Source: Alphaproteobacteria bacterium (lineage in GTDB: Bacteria; Pseudomonadota; Alphaproteobacteria; MPNO01; UBA830). Taken from it: a stretch of DNA of 64,000 bases. The stretch's first letter is position 1, and every line of letters starts with the position of its first letter. Location of the stretch: positions 3,136,001-3,200,000 of the forward strand of contig OZ219791.1 in assembly GCA_964291215.2 (NCBI GenBank). The letters run 5' to 3'. Both the position numbers and the translations under genes were made by a program. The notes beneath the pieces are model-generated. The model did not search any database and was not told the DNA's origin. It saw only the letters and a program-made list of their open reading frames with translations. Shown here in pieces: positions 30,923-41,289 of the stretch.

Positions 30923-32599
30923 ATGATCACACGCGACCTCGCCCCCAGGCTGACGAAGGCGGCGCAGACTTGGCCGTCCATCACGCTCACCGGACCTCGG
31001 CAGAGCGGAAAGACGACCTTGTGCCGGGCCCTGTTCCCACAGCATCAGTACGAGACGCTGGAAGCGCCCGATATGCGGTCCTTCGCCGCCGAAGACCCCC
31101 GCGCCTTTCTGGCGCAGTTTCCGAAAGGCGCGATTCTCGACGAGGTCCAGAGGGTGCCGGACCTGCTCTCCTACCTACAAGGCATCATCGACGCAGACCC
31201 GGCTCCAGGCTGCTGGATTCTCACGGGCTCGCAAAATCTCTCTCTGCTCGAATCGGTCAGCCAGTCGCTGGCAGGACGGACGGCAGTATACAACCTCCTT
31301 CCGCTGACGAGAGGCGAGACGATCCGATTTCCCCGGCATCCCGAGACTCTCGACGAGACTCTCTTCACCGGTTCCTACCCGCGCATATTCGATGAAGAAC
31401 AGGAAGCCTCGGACTGGCTCGGTTCCTACATCGCCACCTACATTGAGCGCGATGTGCGGACGATCAGCAATGTAGGCGATCTCACGACCTTTCAGCGTTT
31501 CGTGACCCTTTGTGCGGGCCGGACAGCGCAATTGCTCAACTACTCGTCGCTCGCAGGGGATTGCGGCATCTCGCAACCGACGGCAAAATCCTGGCTAAGC
31601 ATCCTTGAGACCAGCTTCATCGCTTTCCGCCTTCCGGTCCTTCACACGAATCTTCGCAAGCGCTTGGTGAAGATGCCGAAGCTGCATTTCTATGATACCG
31701 GGATCGTCTGCTGGTTGCTGGGCATCCGCACCCCCGAACAACTCCGCACGCATCCGCTTCGCGGCCCGATCTTCGAAACCTGGGCAGCTTCGGAGATCGC
31801 CAAACATCGGGCCAACCAGGGTGAGGCCAATGGGATTTCGTTTTATCGTGACCGGAACGGCGCGGAGGCCGATCTTCTGGTGGAAAGCCCCGCCGGCACC
31901 ATGATCGTGGAAGCCAAGACTTCCGAGACAGCATCGTCCACCCTGTTCGACGGTGCCAAACGCGTCCGAAAGTACCTTGCCCGATCGACCCACCGATGCC
32001 CGGTCGTCGTTGTCTACGGCGGCGATCAACCCCAGCGCCGGGGAACAGACAGACTGATCCCATGGAGCGAATTGCACGAGTTCGACTGGGGTGCACCGGA
32101 ATGCATCGTCACTGTCCGATCCATCGGCCGGCTGGTCGCTGGAGCCAATGTGTTCGCACTGTTCCCCAACAAGACATGGAAGAACGCGGTCACGGACGAA
32201 AGCGGCACGGCAATACTCGATTTGCATTCGGCTCAATTGCCGATGACCGTTTTCGTCGCCACAAACGGTTACGCGGCGCATGTGGAGACCATCTGGAAAC
32301 CGGTAGACGGACCACTCGAGGTCGAATTGACAGAACTGTCCGATGGCGGCGCTGTCGTCTTCCCTAACGGTACGGGACATGTACCGATCCTGAAAGGCCG
32401 GCTCAATCCGATCCCGGACGACCTCGACCACACATTTCTCTACACCGACAACATCGCCATCAATGACGGACTACAGCAGCCAGCGCGGTTCGTCCTCGGG
32501 GAAGATTTGCACCTCAGCGATGCAGAGGGACAGGAGGCGACGGTCCGTATTGTCGCCATCGTCGGCCGCGCCGCCCTGGTACAGTATCGCCAGGCATGA
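30923..32599 (+). CDS. AAA_14 ATPase + DUF4143 protein with extra C-terminal beta-rich domain
   Basis: GPRQSGKTT, ILDEVQR, LTGSQ, KMPKLHFYDTG, EADLL..EAK nuclease-like motif; about 165 extra aa. Confidence 0.88.
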   Translation: MITRDLAPRLTKAAQTWPSITLTGPRQSGKTTLCRALFPQHQYETLEAPDMRSFAAEDPRAFLAQFPKGAILDEVQRVPDLLSYLQGIIDADPAPGCWILTGSQNLSLLESVSQSLAGRTAVYNLLPLTRGETIRFPRHPETLDETLFTGSYPRIFDEEQEASDWLGSYIATYIERDVRTISNVGDLTTFQRFVTLCAGRTAQLLNYSSLAGDCGISQPTAKSWLSILETSFIAFRLPVLHTNLRKRLVKMPKLHFYDTGIVCWLLGIRTPEQLRTHPLRGPIFETWAASEIAKHRANQGEANGISFYRDRNGAEADLLVESPAGTMIVEAKTSETASSTLFDGAKRVRKYLARSTHRCPVVVVYGGDQPQRRGTDRLIPWSELHEFDWGAPECIVTVRSIGRLVAGANVFALFPNKTWKNAVTDESGTAILDLHSAQLPMTVFVATNGYAAHVETIWKPVDGPLEVELTELSDGGAVVFPNGTGHVPILKGRLNPIPDDLDHTFLYTDNIAINDGLQQPARFVLGEDLHLSDAEGQEATVRIVAIVGRAALVQYRQA

Positions 32600-32777
32600 G
32601 GGTCGCGAGAGAATGGAGTCCCGCGTCGCCGACGACGTGTCGGCGACGCGGGCGGATCGCGGACTACACCGAAAAAGGAATGTAACTGCCCAGGTCTGCT
32701 TCCGGCGATCAGCCACGGGTTATGGACTGAATCTTCCGGTCTGCTGCCGCGGACGCGGAGGCGAGCGGCGGGGGATT

Positions 32778-34070
32778 TCAGAGGCGCAGTCTCGGGATCA
32801 GCTGCATGGGATCGGGATGCGCCAGGGTTTCGAGGACATTCCAGCGTTGCTTTCGGGCTGTTGCGATGACGGAACGCAGGCTGGCGAAGTCGCGGGCGCC
32901 TTGCATTGATCGGAAGCCGCCCGAGATTTTCTGGCGCAGCTTGCCCATGCGGAGGTCGCGCTCGGCCTGGTTGTTCGAGAAGGGGGTTCTCGGGTCGGTG
33001 AGGAAGCGCAGGCAGCCCTCCTTGTATTTCTGGAGCCGGAGGGCGAGGTTGTGACCGATGCGGCGCTTTTGTCGTCCGTGCTTTCCGCTCTGGAGGGGCG
33101 CCATCTCTTCGTGAGAGGCGATGGCCTGCTCAAGGATGCGGTCCCAGGCTCGGGAGATGCGGGCCACCAGTGAAGCGGGCAGGTCGCGGTCATTCTTGCG
33201 GGCGAAGCGGGCGGCTCTGTTGGCACGGCTGAGGAGCGGGTGCGTGGTGGCTGCCCAGTTCTCGATCTCGATCAGGGCTTGGAGTTCGCGCAGGTGATGG
33301 GCATTGCAGGCCCCGTGGCGCACGCCTTGGAGAGCGAAGTAGGTGGCGTAGTCGTCATGGATGACGATGCCGTTGAGCTTCTCGTCGATGTGGCTGCGCC
33401 CGGCGGCGATGCGCAGGATGGTCAGCAACGGGGTGCACAGTACGTGGAGCCATTGGGTCCGGGCGGCGATGCGGATGCCGGTCTCGTCGAGGTGTTTGAC
33501 CGGGGCCGCGGTGCGGATGATCTCGCCGACACGGTCGAGGAAGCCCTCGAAGCGCCGGGCGGTGCGTCTGCCCATGGCGGCGATGGTGGCGGTTGAGAGC
33601 CTGACCGCGAAGAGGTCGCTCATGACTTCGGCGACGCGCTTCTCCGGAATGAACTGCGCGTGCAGCAGGTAGGTCACCCACGCGGTGATACGCGGCCCGT
33701 ACTGGACCGGGGCGCCGTTCGGGAAGACGGCTGTCGTCACGGTGCCGCAGGCGGCACAGAGGCAGCGGTGCTCGGTGACCTCAAGGGGCTGCGGCACATC
33801 GAAGACCTGCCGGCAGACGGGGGCTCGGTGACGCTCAGCGGCCGACAGCGGCGCGCCGCAGCCCGCACAGGCGCAGGGATCATGATCGACGACGTGGTCG
33901 GGCGTCGCGGTCCGCTCTTCTTCTTCAGACCGTCGCTGGCCGGCGACCGGGAGCTGGTGGTGCTGTCGAGCGCGGCACTGCGCTCGAGTTCGGCAATCCG
34001 CTCGCGCAAGTGGGCGTTCTCCCGCTCCAGCGCGTCGTTCTCCCTGACCAGCGCCGCGCTCAGGCGCAGC
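32778..34070 (-). pseudogene. IS66 TnpC transposase, frameshifted
   Basis: Coiled coil + DSTTSSRSPASDGLKK, PVQYGPRI, HLDETG, CNAHHLREL, PFSNNQAERDLRMGKLRQKISGGFRS. Confidence 0.9.
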
Positions 34071-34182
34071 AGCCCCTGGCCCGGATGGCTTTGATGACCG
34101 TCATCGCCAGGCATTGTGGGGTGAAAAGGTCCTGCAGGCACGCAAAAGCCTCGTCGTGGCCGGCGAGGTCCTCGCGCCACCG

Positions 34183-34842
34183 TCACAAGACCTCGCCGGC
34201 CATGATCGCGGCCAGCACCGCCAGGCGTTCGCCCGCCGGCATGGCCTCGTAGAGCCGGCCCCAGTTGGCCGCCTTGCGCTTGATGCGCTGGCGGTCGGTG
34301 AAGTTCCGGCCGGCGAAGCGCGCCCAGTGCACCCGGTCGGGCGCGAAGTTGAACCACACCACCTCGGTCCGCACCCGGGCCTGGGTCGTCACCTGCAGCG
34401 CCAGCCGGCGCCAGCCCGACAGCAGGTCGTCATAGAGCGCAGACGGGTGGCCCGAGACCATCACCTGGCAGGGCAGACCCTTGAGCAGCTCAAGCAGCGC
34501 GACGTGGTCGGCCTCCGCATACTCGAAGCGGTAGCGCTGCGACGAACGCCGGGTCGCGTGCAGATAGGGCGGATCGCTGTAGACCAGCTCCGGGCCCAGA
34601 AACGCAAACGACGCCAGAAAGGAGTGGGCGCAGCCATGCACCAACTCCACCGGGTAGTCGCAGCCAAAGGCCTCAAGCGCCCGCTCATCGAGGTCGATCC
34701 CGATCGAGCGCACGGCAGCAGGCTTGCGCTTCATCAGCGCACCGCCCCCCAGGTGACTCTCGATATAGACAGAGTGCGGCGGCATCAGCGCAATCAGCGC
34801 CTGGCTCAGACCCGTCGTCGCCTTCGATCCGAAATACCCCAC
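34183..34842 (-). CDS. DNA adenine methyltransferase (D12/Dam-like, minimal)
   Basis: GYFGSK, YIESHLGGG (SAM-binding), GIDLD, YSDPPY catalytic motif, VMVSG, TEVVWFNF; GTG start with GGAGGAG RBS; ORF open. Confidence 0.9.
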   Translation of the reverse strand: MGYFGSKATTGLSQALIALMPPHSVYIESHLGGGALMKRKPAAVRSIGIDLDERALEAFGCDYPVELVHGCAHSFLASFAFLGPELVYSDPPYLHATRRSSQRYRFEYAEADHVALLELLKGLPCQVMVSGHPSALYDDLLSGWRRLALQVTTQARVRTEVVWFNFAPDRVHWARFAGRNFTDRQRIKRKAANWGRLYEAMPAGERLAVLAAIMAGEVL

Positions 34843-34870
34843 CAGCCGCTCCTCCCATGCGAGAGGGCAA

Positions 34871-34899
34871 CCCATAGGCGCGCGCGCCTATGCAGTCAA
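34871..34899 (-). promoter_or_regulatory. Putative sigma70 promoter of the MTase overlapped by a 20-bp palindrome
   Basis: TTGACT-17-TATGGG; CATAGGCGCGCGCGCCTATG at 34873-34892; the related copies have TTGACA-17-TAGTGG (e.g. 18034-18062). Confidence 0.5.
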
Positions 34900-34981
34900 G
34901 GCCGAGAGCAGCGACACGGCGAACAAAATCAGCAAGCTCTCACACTTGGCAGGGTACCTGGGTAGTTACAAAGGAATAAAG

Positions 34982-36163
34982 GCCCCACTTCCAGTCTGAA
35001 GTGCAACACCCGGCCCTCATCGCAGTGAGGGCGTAGCCCGAACGGAGATGAGGGCCGGGTGTTGCGCAAATTTTTCCCCTCTGCCCCTCTCGATTCCGCC
35101 TGGGAACAGCTTCAGTTCCTTCAACATCGAGCTTATGCAACGCCTTTGTCGGCTTCAAGCCACTATTTCGCCGTCGCGCGGCATGGACCCTGCTGCACGT
35201 TGCGGCTGCGGAACATGGCGCAGATGGTCAGGGCGGTTTCACTTCAAGATTACCTCCGTCGGCGATCCCAGGACTTTCCGAGTGTTGAGCCGCACCTTCT
35301 GAACATCTTCGTTGCATGTCGCGCGAAAGTCCGTGCCCTTCGGGAAGTACTCCCGCACCAGGCCGTTGGTGTGCTCATTCAAGCCGCGCTCCCAAGAATG
35401 GAAAGGCGAAAAAGAAATCTGCGTCAAGTGCGACACGCCTGTGGTCTGCGAACTCCGTTGTCTGACGTGATTGTGTGGACCAATAGCGCACCAGAGCCGA
35501 GCAGGCGGATCATGACCGAACTAACCGTGTCTTTCTGTCCACCCAGCAAGGTGTATTTCGTGGCACGATCAACCAGCGACAGCTCCACTGTGAGCTTTGC
35601 CGATGATGGCTCCCAGTCGCCGACCCGTTCCTTTGCCTCCGCAGGGCGCTCGGAAATGTCCACCCGGCCGGAATGGCATCCGCCCTTCCAGTTCGGCTTC
35701 TTGCCGCGCCGCCGAAGCTTCAAGACGCCCCCGGCTCTCCGATCTTCGGCGATCATGAATCCGTTCACGGCCCTCCAGTCGAAAACGGCCGCTGCTCGGA
35801 GCCCTCCCGCAGCTTTTTCTGAGCTTCAACCCGAGGCGTCAACCGCCAGGAAACAGACGAGGCTGCCCTGCGTTTCTGCCATCCTTTGCGCCTGCTTGTG
35901 ACGGTAACCCCGTCCCCCGGTGTTGCGCTTGATCTCCCGGAAAATTGTTGATCGGCCCAGCTGCCGAGCAATCGCACCTTGTGAAAGACCGCTTTTCTGC
36001 CTCAATCTGGCATCGCTCTTCGTAGGTGACGGTAGCCTTTGGACATGAACAAGCTCCCTCCATCTTGTACAGGAACTCTCGCCGCTACCGCTCCGCAACA
36101 TCATGCGTCTAAAAACACATGGCCACAGCCCATCATGTGTTGCACTTCACTATGGAACGGGGG
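34982..36163 (-). mobile_element. IS30-family element, degraded
   Basis: IRs ..TGAAGTGCAACAC at both ends; SQGAIARQLGRSTI.REIKRN, GDWE, TITSDNG, PFHSWERGLNEHTNGLVREYFPKGTDF. Confidence 0.9.
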
Positions 36164-36169
36164 AGGACT

Positions 36170-36544
36170 TTCAACCCAAGTTGGCACTTTTTGCGGCCTA
36201 GAATTTTTATCGCGTTGATATAACACGATTTTTTTGGTGACCCATTTCAACATGGCACTACATTCTGTTGAATTATGTCAGCTTGTGAGGCGGCTCCTCG
36301 TGCGGTGGGTTCGACACCAGCCGCCGAGGAGATTTCGGCGACCTCGGCGGTGCGTGTCCTGTTGGTTGACGATCAACGCGCCTGGCGCAGGCGCGTGGTG
36401 ACCCTGGTTCCGCATGCTCTCGCGGATTGATGTCCAGCACTTGTGGATGTCCTGCGCGGCCAGCGGATCAGATGCACCGCGGCGAGTACGGCGATCAACA
36501 GGTGGGCGGCGATGCGCTGGTTGAGCCGGGCGCAATCCGAGCTC
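36170..36544 (-). mobile_element. IS1634-like transposase 3' remnant
   Basis: ELGLRP..QRIAAHLLIAVLA..HLIR..WTSIR. Confidence 0.6.
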
Positions 36545-38132
36545 GTGCCCGACCGAAAAAGTACAATTATTTGACTCCAATACCTGAATCGTGGTATGGG
36601 TGAGGCGAAGATTCCCGCTTTGAGGTGGAAATCGGCCGGTTTGACCAAGAATCAACCGGATTTTCAGGAAACTTCGCGAGAATAGCCATGCGAGACGTCA
36701 TCCGCCCTCAGTTGAAATTGGGACAGGTTGCGATCGAGGAGATCGACCTCAACGAGAACTCGCGGGACGACATTCCGCCGATGCTGCGCGGGATTCAGCA
36801 CGTGTACGTCGACCCGGCTGTTCAAGATCCTGGAGGAGGGGATCCTTCCGAGAGGGTCCCACAGGAAAGGGTGTCCCGGCGCTGTGGAAGATCCTGGTGT
36901 CCTGAAGCAGGGCCTGGGGTATGACCTTGATCATCTGCACGAGTTGGTGAATGAGCACAAGACGGTTCGCAAGTTCCTGGGTCACATCTGGGACGACACA
37001 CGCTACGGGCTTCAGACGGTGGTGGACAACGTGAGGCAGCTGACGCCGGAAGTGCTGGGGAAGGTGTCGCAACTGGTCGCGGAGAGCGGCCATGCGATGG
37101 TCCGCAAGAGCGGCAAGGTCCCTTGCGGGGCCGCTGCGATTCGTTCGTGGTGGAGTGCACTACCCGACGGACATCGATCTTCTGTGGGATGCGATGCGTT
37201 GTCTGGTGCGCGATACAGGCCGCGCAGCCGTGCGTACGGAAATGACCGAATGGCGTCAGTGGAAGCATCAAACCCGGGTATTGCAGAAGCACTTTCAGAA
37301 GGTTCCCGCCGGGCTTCTTCGGAGGATGGTACCTCGACGCCAGCCGGGAGTTGGAGCGTAAGAGACGGTTCCGGTACTTCGGGAGAAGGGCGTCAAGGCC
37401 CTCGTGGTTCTCAAGGTCGTACCTCGAGCATGCCCGCCGACAGATCGGCTAGGTGGACCGTCGCCTAAGGCGAGAAGATCCCGCAGGAAGAGAAGGTGTT
37501 TTCGATCTTCGAGGAGCGCTGGTGCGTGAAAGGCAAGTGCCGATGGAACTCGGCGTGCCGGTGGCCGTTCTGGAGGATCAGCACGGCTTTCTCCTGCACC
37601 ACCGGATCCTGTGGGAAGGCAGTGACGTGGACCATGCGGTGCCCATGATCCGGGAAGCACAGGCCCGCTTCCCCGATCTGCGCCTGTGCAGTTTCGATCG
37701 CGGGTTCCACAGTCCTCGGGTCGCACTGGACGAACTGCTGGACATGCTTCCGAAGAAGGGGAAGCTCTCTCGGGCGGACCGGGAACGGGAAGCCGAGACG
37801 ACGTTCCGGGAGATGCGCCAGCAACATCCGGCCGTGGAGTCGGCGATCAACAATCTCGAGCAACGCGGCATGGACCGGGTTCTGTCCTATGGGGCGGCGG
37901 GGCGGGGGCGGGGACGGCTTTGCGCGGATGGTGGCGCTGGTGGCCTTCAATGTCCACCGCCTGCTGCTGCACAGGGAGGCCCAACGACGACGACGCGTCG
38001 CCTGACGGGGGGGCTCCCATACCCGTACGCAACCCGATCAAACGGAAACGGAGCGCTCGGCGGCTCCGGGGGGCGATCAAACCCGAAATTTCGCCGGAGG
38101 ATCAGCCAAAACAGGCATTTCCGGGCAGGCAC
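36545..38132 (+). mobile_element. ISNCY/IS5-like element, frameshifted transposase
   Basis: Ends GTGCCCGACCGAAAA / TTTCCGGGCAGGCAC flanked by GAGCTC on both sides; QLKLGQVAIEEI..SRDDIP, EKVFSIFE, CSFDRGFHSP, HPAVESAINNLE. Confidence 0.8.
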
Positions 38133-38153
38133 GAGCTCGGGATGCCTCGCCGC

Positions 38154-38834
38154 TTATTGCAGGGCCCGCTTTTCGTAAACATGCGTCACCCGCTCGCCGT
38201 CCCAGACGTAGCTGAGATGGCGTTCCTGGCGGCAGTTCGAGAGGAGACGGGGCTGGAACACGGCCGCGCATTCGCCCCCCTCCCGGCGGATGCTGTCATA
38301 GACGATGCCGTTCGAGCCCTCCTGGCGCAGAACTCCCGCCAGATGCCGCCCGGCGGCATGGCTGTCTTCGCGATAGACCAGCGGGTAGTCGGATTTCCGG
38401 CCCCGCAGGTCATGCAGTTCGCCGTCCAGATCGACGGCATATACCCGCATGTCGAATTCCATGCGGGCCTGCGCAGCGTCACGCAGGAACCGCTCCCGGT
38501 GATGCTTGGTTTCCGCAATGGCGGTCTTGAGGTCGTTGCCGGCGTAGAAGACGCCCCACGAGCCGTCGGAAAAACGGCTGCCCTCCGGGTTCAGATGCGT
38601 GAACGCCGCCATGATCGCGCTCGAATCCGGACCGCTGACGCGGTCTTCGAGGGGAACGAGGCGGATGTCTCCGACCTCGTCCCGAAGCCGGGGATTGGTC
38701 AGCGACTCAAGCTCGTAGATTGCCTCCAGATCGCCGGGATCGGATACCCGCTCGAAAAGTTCGATGGGCGGAAAGCGGCTGGGGATGATCCGCCAGCACG
38801 GCTTCCATTCGACCCTGACGACAGGGAGACTCAT
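38154..38834 (-). CDS. RES-domain toxin (NAD+ phosphorylase family)
   Basis: RIIPSRFPPI.LFE, SRFSDGSWGVFYA, AIAE, GIVYDSIR. Confidence 0.9.
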   Translation of the reverse strand: MSLPVVRVEWKPCWRIIPSRFPPIELFERVSDPGDLEAIYELESLTNPRLRDEVGDIRLVPLEDRVSGPDSSAIMAAFTHLNPEGSRFSDGSWGVFYAGNDLKTAIAETKHHRERFLRDAAQARMEFDMRVYAVDLDGELHDLRGRKSDYPLVYREDSHAAGRHLAGVLRQEGSNGIVYDSIRREGGECAAVFQPRLLSNCRQERHLSYVWDGERVTHVYEKRALQ

Positions 38835-39235
38835 GCCCAGCCGCCGCGCTGCGCATCAAGATACTGCCGGACAACGAACAGGTCCGCGACCTGGCCCGAC
38901 AGCATCCTCTCGAGTGGTGACCGGCCCCCGAAGGAATGCGCCGTATTCGGCCGCTTCACCCACTCGTCCGCTGCCGTCTCGTCCGGCAGCAGGATCTGGA
39001 GTGCCTTGTAGATGCCGAGTATGTACGAGATGCGTTCCAGCGTGTCCTTCGGAAGGACTGCTTTCGGGTTTTTCTTCCACTTGAAGAAAGTCGAGCGCGC
39101 CGTGACGCCGAGAAGCGCCATCTGCTCGTCCACCGAGAGGCTCCAGAGCGAGGCAATACGGAAGAAGGCACGCAGGGCGGGACCGGACAACCCTCTCCGG
39201 TCGACTGCCGTCGCAGGCACGGCACGGACTTGCAT
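38831..39235 (-). CDS. Xre/MbcA/ParS antitoxin (DUF2384)
   Basis: AFFRIASLWSLS..LLG, DTLERISYILGIYKAL, PN..FGGRSPL..VRQYLDAQRG. Confidence 0.9.
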   Translation of the reverse strand: MQVRAVPATAVDRRGLSGPALRAFFRIASLWSLSVDEQMALLGVTARSTFFKWKKNPKAVLPKDTLERISYILGIYKALQILLPDETAADEWVKRPNTAHSFGGRSPLERMLSGQVADLFVVRQYLDAQRGGWA

Positions 39236-39311
39236 GGTGTCCTCCACATTCGGTTCTCGTTGATAGCATAATCCAGATATGGATATATGCAAGTGGAACG
39301 ATTGGAGAGAC

Positions 39312-39870
39312 TAGGACTTTCCCACGCTGCATTCGATCTTGCCGACTGCTGATGGAGGGAGGCTGCCCAGCCTGTCGGGTTTTCTGGCTTTGGGGCCGTC
39401 CGCGGTCGCCGCCGGCGGCGTTATCGGCGCGTGGGCGGGTTATTTTCGGGATGTAGGCGGGTTGTGGGCGGCGTCCGGGAATCGGCCGGACGCCATTGGC
39501 GCTCAGGGCCGAGTCAGAGCTGCGACGGCTTCTCGGCGGTCGAGCCGCCGCCGTGTTTCGGCGAGGCTCTCGCGTCGGTTGGCGAAGATCACCGCGAGCA
39601 CGATGTTGTTGAGGCTGGCGCGGTTTGCGTGTCAGGCAGGCGTCTTCGCCGAAGACGCAGTCTCGGTGGTTCATGTTTTCCACAGCCCGCGGCCGCAGCA
39701 GTTCCTCTGGCGACGCGTGTTGCGCATCGAGCGAGCATCCATGTTTCTTGGCAAGGTTTTTGCGGGTGTCTGTGGTGATGTTTTCTGTGGTTGTCCACAA
39801 GCGGTGTGGGGTTTGCTCTGCGAGCGAGGCGACATGAAGCTTGTGGTCCCGGCGGCGGGTTGCCGTCCAT
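39312..39870 (-). mobile_element. ISAs1-family remnant
   Basis: End TAGGACTTTCCCACGCTG; AVENMNHRDCVFGEDACLTR matches the ISAs1 C-terminal W.IEN..H..D..F.ED motif; homologous to 63795-64000. Confidence 0.75.
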
Positions 39871-39873
39871 TGG

Positions 39874-40062
39874 TCACGTGAACGCGGCTACCTTGCCGTC
39901 CCCGGGCATGGTAACGTGACCGTCCGGGTTCCAGGTGTTCCAAGGCGGTTCGATCTCCTTGATGTCGACCTCGACGATGATCTGCAGACATTCTCCCCAA
40001 GTCGTGTCGTAGAGGGAGACTGTCGAGACAGTCCCGATCCTCTCGGCAGGGGTGAGGGCCAT
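39874..40062 (-). CDS. Small hypothetical protein
   Basis: MALTPAERIGTV.. with GAAGGAGA RBS. Confidence 0.35.
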   Translation of the reverse strand: MALTPAERIGTVSTVSLYDTTWGECLQIIVEVDIKEIEPPWNTWNPDGHVTMPGDGKVAAFT

Positions 40063-40083
40063 GAGGGTGTCTCCTTCGCTCAC

Positions 40084-40770
40084 TCACCGGTGCTTCAGGC
40101 AACGCTGCTGTCGCAGCAGGGTGTTCGCCAGAGCTTGCGCATCACGGCGACAATCGCGACCTTGCTTGCCGGCAGTCTTGAGGCGCACCAGGTCCGTGTT
40201 GAAGCGTGCCGGTTGCGGCCATGAACAGGAGATCGCGTGGCCTTCGGCGCCCGCCACGGATGTGCCGAGCACCGTGGTCGTTGGCCATCGGCGCCACCCC
40301 GATCAAGGCTGCCGCCTGCCGACGCTGCCGAGTTCGGGCATCCAGCAAAGAAGGGCCGCGGCGGTCACCGGATCGAGGTCAGGATGGCGTACCTCTGCTC
40401 GGGATCACCGGTGATCACCGCTTTGATCGCCGCGCCGGCAATGCGATCATCGAGATCGGCCGCCGAGGCCCTTGTGACGATCTCGCCATCCACCTCATCT
40501 GCCACCTGCCTCAACTTGGCGTCGACAAGCGCGGCACGCGCCACCAAGAGATCCTCCAGGCTCTTGAGGAAGGCATCCTGAGGAGCTACAGGCTCAAGAT
40601 CGCCCAGCCGATTTTGGCCAGCGCGTCGACGCGGTCGGTCTTCGCCAGATGGCCCATCGCCTCGGCGAAGCCCGCAACGGGTTGACGAGAATAACCTCGA
40701 AGCCCCGGTCATGAAGACACTGGTGAACCTTGCGGTGATAGCGGCCTGTCGCCTCCATTACCACCCGGCT
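40084..40770 (-). mobile_element. IS110-family recombinase remnant
   Basis: FAEAMG.LAKTDR.DA, RQAAALIGVAP, IRGGRRRPRDLLFMAA, LANTLLR. Confidence 0.75.
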
Positions 40771-40772
40771 CA

Positions 40773-41167
40773 CACGGTGATCCCACGCTGCTAATCCGGC
40801 GACGACTGGCGAGATTTTCTCAGTTTGCGTCGCGCTGCAATCGTGCCGCCAAGGCTCGATGGGACCTTCTTGGCACGAAAATTGCGATCAAGGAGGCGAT
40901 CTGTGATGACCCGAGCCCCAACGCATTTCGCGTCTCTGAATTGGCATGGGATCGTCGTGGCCGAGAAGCCGTCGCAGCCCGGCCCTGAGCGCCAATGGTG
41001 TCCGGCCGATTCCTGGACGCCGCCCACAACTCGCCCACATCCCGAAAACAACCCGCCCGCGCGCCGGCGACGACCGCGGACGGCCCCGAAGCCAGAAAAC
41101 CCGGCACGCTGTGAAACCTCCGGACAACAGAAGACAGCAAAATGGAATGCAGCGTGGGAAACACCTG
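40773..41167 (+). mobile_element. Non-autonomous ISAs1-related derivative
   Basis: Ends ..TCCCACGCTG / CAGCGTGGGAAACACCTG; 40960-41160 is a diverged reverse complement of 39315-39535. Confidence 0.65.
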
Positions 41168-41289
41168 GTGATTGCAAGAAGGGGATTGATAATCGAAATG
41201 CGGTTGTGCTATCAGGCCGTGCCTCGTCCTGTGCCATTGCTGGACGCATTGTTGGCGCGGTATTCTGGACTGCACCGCCGGACGGCGGC

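Larger units (their letters stand above)
32682..34969 (-). mobile_element. IS66-family element carrying a DNA adenine methyltransferase passenger gene
   Basis: TIR GTAACT(G/A)CCCAGGT at both ends; 8-bp TSD AAAGGAAT (32674-32681 / 34970-34977); MTase then TnpC, no tnpA/tnpB. Confidence 0.95.
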
